Of a stretch of DNA of 64,000 nt, positions 36,480 to 44,929 are shown one piece after another. Location of the stretch: the NCBI GenBank assembly GCA_022601635.1, contig JAJACG010000032.1, positions 8,024 through 72,023 on the forward strand. The letters are read 5' to 3'. Origin of the DNA: Chlamydiales bacterium. Its GTDB lineage: Bacteria; Chlamydiota; Chlamydiia; Chlamydiales; JAAKFR01. Numbering within the stretch: the stretch's first letter is position 1; every line of letters begins with the position of its first letter. The notes below the pieces were generated by a model. It did not search any database. It was given only the letters and a program-made list of their open reading frames with translations, and was not told the origin of the DNA. A program made the translations under genes and the position numbers.

Positions 36480-37652
36480 ATGGAACGCAAGAAGTTGCGA
36501 TTGCTTTCTCTTTGCACACTAACCCTGCTCTTTATCGGAGCAGGGATTTTGTGGTTTTGCCTCTGGTTCTTCCACTGGCGCTTCGAGATCTCTACCGATG
36601 ATGCCTACGTCCATGGAAATATCATTCCTATCTCCTCTCAAATGATTTCACCTATTGTCACTATCCACGTGGAGGAGAGTGATTTTGTTCATGAGGGCGA
36701 TCTTCTTGTTACACTCAATGACACCGATGCCAAGGCGCAGTTAGAAAGCGCAAAGGGGGCACTCGCTGCAGCCTGCCGCCGTTTCTATGAGCTGCAAAAG
36801 CAGAAAGAGGCTGCCTTTGAAACGTTGAAAATAAAACAGGCTCAGAAGCATCTCGCTCACTACACCTACTTTCATAAAAGCAGCTTGGAGGGCAGCGGCG
36901 TGCTTGCTGGCGCCGATATTGAGGGATCTGAAATCGGCTATGAGATTGCCGAGAGTGAGCTGCTGATTGCGAAAGCGCAATATGAAGCTGTCGCTGCACA
37001 GATTGATGGCACTACGATCAACACTCATCCCCTTGTTCAAGAGGCGCGTGGTCATTTAATCGCCGCCTTTTTGAACCTCAAACATACGCAAATTCGCGCA
37101 CCTGCCACTGGCTATGTGGCTGCTAGAGCGGCGCAAGTGGGTGAAATCGCTCTACCTCAAAAGGTTCTGCTCAATGTGATTCCCCTCTCAACTGTTTGGG
37201 TTGAGGCCAATTACAAAGAGGGACAGCTGCGTCATATGGGTCTTGGACAGACGGTGGAACTTTACTCCGATCTCTACGGAAAAGATGTCTGTTTTAGTGG
37301 CAAAGTGCGCGGTATTGCTCCTGGAACAGGGGGCGTTTTCAGCTTTTTGCCGCCGCAAAATGCGACAGGCAACTGGATCAAAGTTGTGCAGCGTATCCCT
37401 GTGATCATTGATCTTGATCCCGATCAAATCAAAGAGCATCCGCTACTTTTGGGAATCTCCATGCACGCCACAGTTCACATCGATGATGATGCTGATATAT
37501 TGTCTCAAACAAATCTCCCCTCCTTTGATCTCAACACAGTGATCTATAAGCATGAGCAAGCAGAGGCAGAAGATCTTGTGGAGCGCATCATTGAAAAAAA
37601 CAGCCCCAATGGAAAAAAACTGCTCTCCCTGTTGATCGATAGGAGGTTTTAG
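36480..37652 (+). CDS. HlyD/EmrA-family membrane-fusion (periplasmic adaptor) protein
   Basis: 390 aa with an N-terminal TM anchor, STDDAYVHGNIIPISSQ, a coiled-coil hairpin, IRAPATGYVA and a C-terminal beta-barrel. It is followed directly by an EmrB-like pump gene. Confidence 0.85.
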   Translation: MERKKLRLLSLCTLTLLFIGAGILWFCLWFFHWRFEISTDDAYVHGNIIPISSQMISPIVTIHVEESDFVHEGDLLVTLNDTDAKAQLESAKGALAAACRRFYELQKQKEAAFETLKIKQAQKHLAHYTYFHKSSLEGSGVLAGADIEGSEIGYEIAESELLIAKAQYEAVAAQIDGTTINTHPLVQEARGHLIAAFLNLKHTQIRAPATGYVAARAAQVGEIALPQKVLLNVIPLSTVWVEANYKEGQLRHMGLGQTVELYSDLYGKDVCFSGKVRGIAPGTGGVFSFLPPQNATGNWIKVVQRIPVIIDLDPDQIKEHPLLLGISMHATVHIDDDADILSQTNLPSFDLNTVIYKHEQAEAEDLVERIIEKNSPNGKKLLSLLIDRRF

Positions 37653-39172
37653 TGGCGCCCCTAAAAGGCCTTTCCCTTTTTTTAGTCACTATCGCTCTTT
37701 CAATGGGCGCTGCAATGGATGCTCTTGACATTTCTGTTGCCAATGTTTGTATCCCCGATATTGCGGGTGATCTAGATATCTCTCCCTTCGATGGCGCCTG
37801 GGTCATTTCTGGCTACGCCTTGACCAACGCTGCTATGATTCTGCTCACCGGTTTTTTGGCCACACGCATTGGTGAGGTGCGCCTCTTCGTACTCTCGGTA
37901 TTACTATTTACACTCGCCTCTTTTGCCTGCGGCCTTGCTCCCAATTTCTCAACTCTAATCGCCTTTCGCCTTCTACAAGGCATTGCTGCCGGTCCACTTG
38001 TGCCACTCTGTCAAAGCCTTTTGATGCATAGCTTTCCAGCTCGTCTTCGTACTGTTGGTCTCAGTATCTGCTTAATGCTACTCATTATTGCTCCCATCTT
38101 TGGCCCCGTTGTTGGTGGCTACATTGCAGACACGATTGGCTGGCGCTGGATCTTTTTCCTCAATATCCCACTCGGCATCTTCGTCGCTGCTCTCTCCTGG
38201 TTCGTTCTCAAGGAGCGCGAAACGCCGCGTTCCAAAGTGCCGATTGATTTTGTCGGCATCTGCTTGCTCGTTATCGGTGTCGGCAGCTTTCAACTCTTTT
38301 TAAGCACTGGCAATGACCATGGCTGGTTTCAATCCCCTCTTATTATTACACTCGCAGTCATCGCCTTCGTCTGCCTCAGTTACTTTGTTGTCTGGAGCAT
38401 CAGTGAAAAGCATCCAGTCATCGACTTTTCACTTTTCAAACTGCGCAACTATTCCATCGCCAATCTACTCACCTTTTTCGCCTATATCGCCTTCTACGCT
38501 GGCTTTGTGCTCTATCCCATCTGGCTACAGATTGAGATGGGATATACAGCACTTTGGGCTGGCTACGCACTGATTCCACTTGGCGCTGCAATACTATTTC
38601 TCACACCAATTAGCGGTCTTATTGTTGAAAAGGATCTAGTCGATCTGCGTCTTGTATTGACGCTTAGCTTTATCGCCTTTGCCTTGAGCTTTTACTGGGC
38701 AGGCCACTTTAATAATAGCGCCAGTTTTCGCTCACTGTTAGGTCCGCGCATTTTGCTTGGGGTTGCTCTTGGTCTTTTTGCCATTCCCAGCTATGTGGTT
38801 GCCCTTTCCAACATTGCAAAGTGGAAGCTAGCCAATGCTGTCAGTGTCTTCAATTTTGGTCGCGTCATTGGAGTGGGTATTGGAACAGCAATAGGCCTAT
38901 CGGGCTGGCAGTCACTCCAAAACATCCGCTACCATCAGATGCTGCCCTCAATTGGACCCAAAAACATACAGCTGCAGCCACTGCTCAACAAGCTGCAATT
39001 TTTGCCAGAACAGAGCCGCTACGCCATCATTCATGAGCAGCTGATGTCTCAATCCAACACGATCGCAATCAACGGCTTTTTCATCTATGCGGCAGCTGGC
39101 TTTCTCATCTGTATGGCGCTGATTTGGTTTCTCAAACCGCCCTTCCCTCACTTAGAAGGAGAGATGCTATGA
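37652..39172 (+). CDS. MFS drug:H+ antiporter, DHA2 (EmrB/QacA, 14-TMS) family
   Basis: 506 aa with about 14 hydrophobic segments. LDISVANVCIPDIAGDL and GFLATRIGEVRLF are characteristic of EmrB-type pumps. Its start overlaps the adaptor gene stop. Confidence 0.9.
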   Translation: MAPLKGLSLFLVTIALSMGAAMDALDISVANVCIPDIAGDLDISPFDGAWVISGYALTNAAMILLTGFLATRIGEVRLFVLSVLLFTLASFACGLAPNFSTLIAFRLLQGIAAGPLVPLCQSLLMHSFPARLRTVGLSICLMLLIIAPIFGPVVGGYIADTIGWRWIFFLNIPLGIFVAALSWFVLKERETPRSKVPIDFVGICLLVIGVGSFQLFLSTGNDHGWFQSPLIITLAVIAFVCLSYFVVWSISEKHPVIDFSLFKLRNYSIANLLTFFAYIAFYAGFVLYPIWLQIEMGYTALWAGYALIPLGAAILFLTPISGLIVEKDLVDLRLVLTLSFIAFALSFYWAGHFNNSASFRSLLGPRILLGVALGLFAIPSYVVALSNIAKWKLANAVSVFNFGRVIGVGIGTAIGLSGWQSLQNIRYHQMLPSIGPKNIQLQPLLNKLQFLPEQSRYAIIHEQLMSQSNTIAINGFFIYAAAGFLICMALIWFLKPPFPHLEGEML

Positions 39173-40479
39173 GGTTTCTATGGCTCCTACTTCTTGCCAG
39201 CTGCATCACACAGCCGCATCAGCAGCCTGTTCGTGAGTGCAGCTACAGCTTCTGGCAGCGCTTTCATGATCCCATCTTGGTCGAGCTTGTTGAAAAGGGG
39301 CAGGAGTGCAGCTTTGATGTGGAAATCGCCAAGGCAAAACTCTGCCAAGCACGCCTAGAACGCAAAAAGATGCTCTCTGCCATTTGGCCACGCCTCGGTC
39401 TTAACTTTGATACAGGTCGCTTTCATCTAAGCGATGAATTTCCTCTGCTCTCTACAGATCAAGGTTTCAATATCTTTGAGGGAGCCTTTGATGCCAGCTG
39501 GGAGATCGACCTTTTTGGTGCGAAATATGGCCAACGAGCAGCCAAATCAATCGTCGCCATCGAAGAGGAGCAGCTCAACATGGTGCGGCTGACAACCGCT
39601 GTCGAAATTGCTCGCAGCTATTTCGATCTACGCTACGTTCAAAATCAAGAAGTTTTGATACAAAAGGTGTTGAAAATCCAAAATGAACTGCTTCACTACG
39701 CTTTTTTGGAACAAGAGCATCAGCTTGCTGGCAGTCAAAAGGTTTTCGCTTTGCAGGAGCGGATCTCCAAGACAGAGGATCAGCTCCTTGTTCTTGCCAA
39801 TCAGATCGGCCTCCTCCAAAACCGCATCGCCTTCTTGATCAATGAAGAGCCTGGCTCCTTGAGCAGCAAACTCTCTGGCTTTTCTAAGCTGCCTCAAGCG
39901 CCACAGGTGCGAAGCTGCTCTAGCCAACAGCTTCTGCAAAATAGGCCTGATCTTAGAATCGCCGAGCAGCTTGTCTGCCTCAAGAGCGCCGAAGTTGGCC
40001 TTAGTCTCGCCGACTTCTTCCCCAACTTCGATCTACTCGCCAATGTGGGCTATTTGAGTCGAACCCTATCCAAACTCTTCAGCAGCGGCAGCTACAACGG
40101 TATCTACAACTTCTTTACCAGATTACCGCTCTTCGAAGGCGGACGGCTGACAGCTCAGCTCAATAGTTCAAAGTCGAAACAACATGAGGCACTTTTGCAA
40201 TATAGCAAGGCAGCGCTCGGCGCCCTGCATGAGGTTGACAGCGCGCTCACCCAGCTCCAGGAAAAAGAGTCTCAACTGCAAAGAGAGCTAAAAAATCGCC
40301 AACGCAGCGAAAAACAGCTCCAAAATATGGAAACTCTTTACAAACAGCAGCTAGTTTCTAAAGAGAAGGTTAAGAGCGAGCAACTACATCAAATAGCATC
40401 CGAGGCTGCTCATTTAAAGTCACAAGCAGCGCTTCTAGAGCGTAGCCTCGCCCTATATAAGGCGTGTGGCGGACATTAA
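39169..40479 (+). CDS. Outer-membrane efflux factor lipoprotein (TolC/NodT family)
   Basis: ATG 39169 overlaps the pump stop (ATGA). MRFLWLLLLASC is a lipobox. It has two repeats of the OEP coiled-coil/beta architecture. Confidence 0.8.
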   Translation: MRFLWLLLLASCITQPHQQPVRECSYSFWQRFHDPILVELVEKGQECSFDVEIAKAKLCQARLERKKMLSAIWPRLGLNFDTGRFHLSDEFPLLSTDQGFNIFEGAFDASWEIDLFGAKYGQRAAKSIVAIEEEQLNMVRLTTAVEIARSYFDLRYVQNQEVLIQKVLKIQNELLHYAFLEQEHQLAGSQKVFALQERISKTEDQLLVLANQIGLLQNRIAFLINEEPGSLSSKLSGFSKLPQAPQVRSCSSQQLLQNRPDLRIAEQLVCLKSAEVGLSLADFFPNFDLLANVGYLSRTLSKLFSSGSYNGIYNFFTRLPLFEGGRLTAQLNSSKSKQHEALLQYSKAALGALHEVDSALTQLQEKESQLQRELKNRQRSEKQLQNMETLYKQQLVSKEKVKSEQLHQIASEAAHLKSQAALLERSLALYKACGGH

Positions 40480-40565
40480 GGATTAGATAATAATAGATAA
40501 ATATTAATTAATATAACTTTATTGTATAATAATTCATGTTTTATAACTTATAATAAGGTTTAGTT

Positions 40566-43400
40566 ATGTCTGATCCTATTGGAAAGCATCGTAGTGAAGC
40601 AGCGGTTAATGCGCGTGTAGCTGATACAAGTGAGCGTAAGACGACCCGTAAGGTTGCGCGGTTTGGTAATCAGGTGCACACGGTGACGCACTATGAGGAT
40701 CCGCGTGGTATGGGAGCGGCGCGTCAAGCAACCCAAGCGGTTGCTGCTGTGGGAGCAACTGCTGCTACGCTTGCTGGAGTTACTCTCTCTCCTTTTATTC
40801 TGAGTGGAGCGGCGATTTATGGTGCAACTCAGGGAGATGCTAAGGAATCGGTCAAGTCTGCAGTTGTGCTTCCAAAGAAGATGTGGACAAAGGTTAGGGA
40901 TATCACTAAAGAGGGTGATGCTAAACGTTTAGCTTCCTTTGCAGCACGCATTATCCCAGCAGCTGTGGCACTTCCTGTGAGTCATACAAAAGCGGGTGAG
41001 ATCTTACTGAAAGGTCATGGTGAAGTGGTCACCCGCGCTACTTATGCAGAGAGAATAGAGCTGCGGAAGAAAGAGAAGCAGCAGATTGGAAAGGCTGGCT
41101 ATGATCACACTAGTGCTAAAAGCGTGGCTGCCTATCTGAATGAAATGCAAGAGGCTGGACGGGCGTTTACAGAAAATGGCAAGCTCATTTACGTCGATGA
41201 GAGCAACAAGCGATTCTTAATGGCAGAATGCAGTGCCGATGGAAGGGCTGTTCCAAGCACAGCGCGAGCATGGACAGTAACGCGTCGCTCTTTTTCAAAG
41301 GATAAATCTGTTTCGATCAAAGAGCTTTATCGTTATGCAAAGGCGTTTGCTCTTGGCTATGATGATATTATGGAGAAGTGGGGGGGGCATATAGATAAGC
41401 TCTCTGGTGCGGAGGTAATGAACTCCGCTTTCAACTTCTTACAGGGGATTGATGGCAAGGTTGTTAATATTAAAGCGCGAAAAGTTCTGCATAAGTATCT
41501 GAAGCATGGTCAGGCAATCGATGACCGTGAGCATGCTATATTGAAGAAGTATCTCGCTCGTGTGCCACTTGAGCTTGCTCCAGAGGGTATTGAGCATAAA
41601 CCTGGCGACCGCGCTGAAGAGCTTGAAATACGTACAGCAATTGCACAGATGGCTGATAACGACCAGGTTGCTGATCATGATGATTACTTCCGAAGATATG
41701 GCATTGAAAAAGATGTTGCCTCTGTAAAAAAGCACCTTGAGGCGCAAGAATTGCGCCACGCTGAGATTGTTGACCATATGCAGTGCTGCGTTTTAGAAGA
41801 CAGCGGGATTGAGTATACAGAGATTGGAAAAGAGAATGACAGACAAGCAGAAGCTGTAGAGGCTGCTATGGATGAGAAGCTTGGTCGTTTGGCCGCAACC
41901 ATCTACCCCAATGGCGTGCAGGAGCTTGAGACGATTAAAGAGTTGGCTGATGGCAACTACACTAATCTTCAAACAGAGCTTTACCTTGATCGAGCAGGTT
42001 TGAGATCAGCAGATGGATCTCCAAACCAAGAGGCAATTGAAAAGCATCTAGAGGAGTTGCAAAAGCGCTATAAGGTCACATCAAAGGATCAGCTCAAAGC
42101 TCGGATGGGCATTGAGATAGCTCAAGCAAATGAGATCTTTAAAGCAGGTGGAGCGCGCAATTTGCAAGCGCAGGCGCTTCTTTTAAGAGCGCTGGATAGA
42201 GAGGTTATGTCAGCCGAGAATCAATCTGTGATCACGCACTACTTGAAGCGAGAGGGCATTGTTCCCGAAAGATTTAGTGGAGAGATTCAAGATTTCCAAA
42301 ATGCTCCTGAGATCAATCGCGCTAAGCTAGATCGCCATCTAGATGTGTTAATGAACCGCTACGGTATTGGGCAGAGGCGCCTCTCTATGATTAGCAAGCA
42401 GAACACTCTTCTTTCCGCAAATAATGCTAGTGATCTAGCGCGAGCTGCCAATACAACTGCCAGCTTTAAGGAGTATCTGCAAGATCACGGTATCATTGCA
42501 CGCGATCACCGTGGAAATGTTGAAGAGGGTCATATTAACTTTCAACGAGCGGAAAACTGGCAGGCAGCACTTGTAGGTGAATCAGGCTCTGCCACAAAAG
42601 GAGACCTAGTTCAGGCTCAAAATCAGGAACTTGCGCCGATCATGCAAGCAATGCAAAATCCAGCTGTTGCTCTAAAAGCTAAAATATCAACTCTTCAGAA
42701 TACACCTGAAAAAGCTGCCGTGACGAAGAAGCAGGAAGCGATCGAGAAGATGGAAGAGCTCTACATACTGCGTGATATCTGGCAGATCACAACTTCAGAA
42801 AAGCAGCCAGCAGATTTTAGTGAGGAGCGAAGAGATGAACTGACACGCTATTTGAAAGCTCGAGGTGCTCCAGTTGCTGATCAACTCCATACGAATTGGT
42901 ATAGGATTGATTGGAGCAGTGATCCGATGGATTCTAATGAGGTTGACTTTAGAGAGGATCTGCAAGAGGCGCGCAACATTGCTCTTGAAGAGGTCGCTGA
43001 AGTGGTCAACACAGGCGGTGAGAATGCCAACCAGCACGTTTTGGGCGCTATCAATGACAAAATCCGTGATCTGCGTCCCGTGGCCAATGGGCAGAGCATT
43101 GCAATCCAAGAGCAGGTGCAATCCCACAAGCAGTGGCTGAAAGGCAACCCTCCAATGCAGGTGACCATGAATGCAGCACGCGGATCTGCCAGTATCTTGT
43201 GGCGCAAAAAATTTGATTTTGGATCAAAGGGATGGAAAGAGAAAGAGCATTTCATGAAACACACCATCTCACTATCAAGCGGAGTCAAAAAATCTGTCCA
43301 AGAGCTTTGGACTGATACTAATAGTGATAGACCTCTTATACCAAAGCAGCCTGAACCAAAGGCAAGGCAGGAGCGCAAGCGCCGTCAACGACTGCGATAG
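40566..43400 (+). CDS. Large hypothetical protein (944 aa): Ala/Gly-rich hydrophobic N-terminal segment, long helical/coiled-coil body, basic C-terminus; candidate secreted effector
   Basis: An uninterrupted ORF preceded by an extremely AT-rich 86-bp spacer. The hydrophobic stretch AVAAVGATAATLAGVTLSPFILSGAAIYGA lies at about residues 58-88, and the C-terminus is KARQERKRRQRLR. I recognise no family. Confidence 0.7.
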   Translation: MSDPIGKHRSEAAVNARVADTSERKTTRKVARFGNQVHTVTHYEDPRGMGAARQATQAVAAVGATAATLAGVTLSPFILSGAAIYGATQGDAKESVKSAVVLPKKMWTKVRDITKEGDAKRLASFAARIIPAAVALPVSHTKAGEILLKGHGEVVTRATYAERIELRKKEKQQIGKAGYDHTSAKSVAAYLNEMQEAGRAFTENGKLIYVDESNKRFLMAECSADGRAVPSTARAWTVTRRSFSKDKSVSIKELYRYAKAFALGYDDIMEKWGGHIDKLSGAEVMNSAFNFLQGIDGKVVNIKARKVLHKYLKHGQAIDDREHAILKKYLARVPLELAPEGIEHKPGDRAEELEIRTAIAQMADNDQVADHDDYFRRYGIEKDVASVKKHLEAQELRHAEIVDHMQCCVLEDSGIEYTEIGKENDRQAEAVEAAMDEKLGRLAATIYPNGVQELETIKELADGNYTNLQTELYLDRAGLRSADGSPNQEAIEKHLEELQKRYKVTSKDQLKARMGIEIAQANEIFKAGGARNLQAQALLLRALDREVMSAENQSVITHYLKREGIVPERFSGEIQDFQNAPEINRAKLDRHLDVLMNRYGIGQRRLSMISKQNTLLSANNASDLARAANTTASFKEYLQDHGIIARDHRGNVEEGHINFQRAENWQAALVGESGSATKGDLVQAQNQELAPIMQAMQNPAVALKAKISTLQNTPEKAAVTKKQEAIEKMEELYILRDIWQITTSEKQPADFSEERRDELTRYLKARGAPVADQLHTNWYRIDWSSDPMDSNEVDFREDLQEARNIALEEVAEVVNTGGENANQHVLGAINDKIRDLRPVANGQSIAIQEQVQSHKQWLKGNPPMQVTMNAARGSASILWRKKFDFGSKGWKEKEHFMKHTISLSSGVKKSVQELWTDTNSDRPLIPKQPEPKARQERKRRQRLR

Positions 43401-43413
43401 ATTTCCACAAGTT

Positions 43414-43473
43414 CTTAGGGAGACACTGAATAACTCGCTCATTGAATCTTCGATCAATCTTCGCGCCGCTGCG
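43414..43473 (-). repeat. Truncated half-copy D of the palindromic element (inverted orientation)
   Basis: CTTAGGGAGACACTGAATAACTCGCTCATTGAATCTTCGATCAATCTTCGCGCCGCTGCG is the reverse complement of the right third of copy A. It fills the gap between the convergent 944-aa and Fic genes. Confidence 0.7.
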
Positions 43474-43474
43474 A

Positions 43475-44830
43475 TTAGACCCATTTTTTCTTCCACAATT
43501 CATATTCAGATAGACGTAGACGGTATCGTGCAATATTTCCCTCGTGTAAACCTTTTAGCTCGATTTCGACTTTCTCAATAAATTGAGATTGATCTCTTTC
43601 AGCCACCGACTGTTTAGCGATCGATTTTATCGTGCTAACAGCATCTGTTTTATTCATCTCTTTCTTTACGACAGTAGACACAGCTTCAAAGATCACCTCC
43701 CTATAGCGCAGACGGAAAGGGTCGGGGTCACCAAGGGTTTGACGCGTTGCTGAGTATAGTGCGCAAGAACGCTCATATGCCCATATAAATACATCTCTAA
43801 GCAGGTCGATCTGATTTAGCTCATACACAGCTAAAAGTCCCTCGATATAGGTTTTTTGTGGAACATCTGCAAATGACAAGGGAGATAGGTTATGTCTAAT
43901 AAGCGGTATATTTGCTGCCAGTCGAGAAACACGTTTGTTTACGTCTTCAAAGGGTTGTAAATAAGGAAGGTGAACCATAAGAAAGAAAGCTTGCTCAAAG
44001 GGATTTTGAATTGCCTGGGCTGTGTGAAGCAGCTGTTCAAAACACTCTTTGATCACATTTGGGACAGCAAGAGGATGATAAACAGACTTGGCTATTCCGA
44101 TTATTTTTGACCGGAGACTTCCACACGCTTTCGGATCTGCAAGTAAATTATCTGAAAGCAGAGCATGGATATTCAACACCGTTTGTTTATTGATATCTAC
44201 TTGATCTGCAGAATCAACCAGAAATTCGATAGCCGCTTTATGATTTAATATCATTTGAGTTTCTGCCAAGTTTTTTCCAGCAGCAGCAGCATCTAACTCA
44301 AGTAACCTCTCCGTTTCAAGAAGAGAATAGGTATTCCCCTCTAGTCTACTAGAATTCCACGATAGATCAATCAGGATGCGATTAAAAATCTCCCGTGCAT
44401 AAGTGCCGGCTGGACGCTCTTCATCAATTCCTCCCAGGACAAGAAATTTATCACAAATTGTCTTTGGTAGATATGAAGTAACATTCGGTCGATATCGGTC
44501 TAAGAACGTCCTGTCATATCCAACAGGGGTGCGTGCTTGTATAGGCTGTTCGACTAAGCTTTGGAGATGCTTAGAGTTAGAGGTTAAAGGAATACTATAC
44601 TCTTCGATACTCTTCTTTTCTTCAGGCAGTGCATACTTTCTGGCACGAGATACCCCCACCACAACAATACGTCCATGCTCAACTAGAAGGGCCAAACGTC
44701 TCTGCAAGCTACGGCGTGGACATTGTATTTCTGGTGAACTCAGGAGCTCCCGTAGCGAGGCCCCACCCGGGTAAAGCCTAAGCACCCCAATCAAAGCTTC
44801 AAACTCCTCTTCTGGAACCTTTTTTGGCAC
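43475..44830 (-). CDS. Fic-domain protein with an N-terminal winged-helix region, an internal inhibitory motif and a degenerate active-site motif
   Basis: ORF 43475..44893. The Fic-motif position reads QPFEDVNKRVSRL, versus the canonical HPFx(D/E)GNGRxxR. SSRLEGN matches the (S/T)xxxE(G/N) auto-inhibition motif. The start is reassigned to GTG 44830, which follows AAGGAG; the track's N-terminal 21 codons translate the operator repeats. Confidence 0.8.
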   Translation of the reverse strand: MPKKVPEEEFEALIGVLRLYPGGASLRELLSSPEIQCPRRSLQRRLALLVEHGRIVVVGVSRARKYALPEEKKSIEEYSIPLTSNSKHLQSLVEQPIQARTPVGYDRTFLDRYRPNVTSYLPKTICDKFLVLGGIDEERPAGTYAREIFNRILIDLSWNSSRLEGNTYSLLETERLLELDAAAAGKNLAETQMILNHKAAIEFLVDSADQVDINKQTVLNIHALLSDNLLADPKACGSLRSKIIGIAKSVYHPLAVPNVIKECFEQLLHTAQAIQNPFEQAFFLMVHLPYLQPFEDVNKRVSRLAANIPLIRHNLSPLSFADVPQKTYIEGLLAVYELNQIDLLRDVFIWAYERSCALYSATRQTLGDPDPFRLRYREVIFEAVSTVVKKEMNKTDAVSTIKSIAKQSVAERDQSQFIEKVEIELKGLHEGNIARYRLRLSEYELWKKKWV

Positions 44831-44840
44831 AGACACTCCT

Positions 44841-44920
44841 TTTTGTGTCACAATAAGGCTTATTGTGTCACAAAAAGCCTTTTTGTGACACAAAAATCAG
44901 TATTGCGACATAAAAAGCAG
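44841..44920 (-). promoter_or_regulatory. Four 20-bp tandem units, each carrying an 11-bp palindrome TTGTG(T/A)CACAA; candidate operator array of the Fic gene
   Basis: The cores are at 44843..44853 (TTGTGTCACAA), 44863..44873 (TTGTGTCACAA), 44883..44893 (TTGTGACACAA) and 44903..44913 (TTGCGACATAA). The spacing is exactly 20 bp, and the array lies immediately upstream of the SD. Confidence 0.6.
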
Positions 44921-44929
44921 AGATCTTAC

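Noticed and set aside
43324-43581. ORFs 43324..43581 (+) and 43336..43533 (-), spanning the end of the 944-aa gene and the half repeat element.
   Set aside because: The FPQVLRETLNNSLIESS part is just the translated repeat element, in the same frame as inside the CDS at 11202..11372. The rest overlaps the Fic gene 3' end.
44831-44893. N-terminal 21 codons of the Fic ORF as given in the track (MCHKKAFCDTISLIVTQKGVS).
   Set aside because: They start at a TTG and are encoded entirely by the 20-bp operator repeats. A GTG preceded by AAGGAG at 44830 is a far better start.
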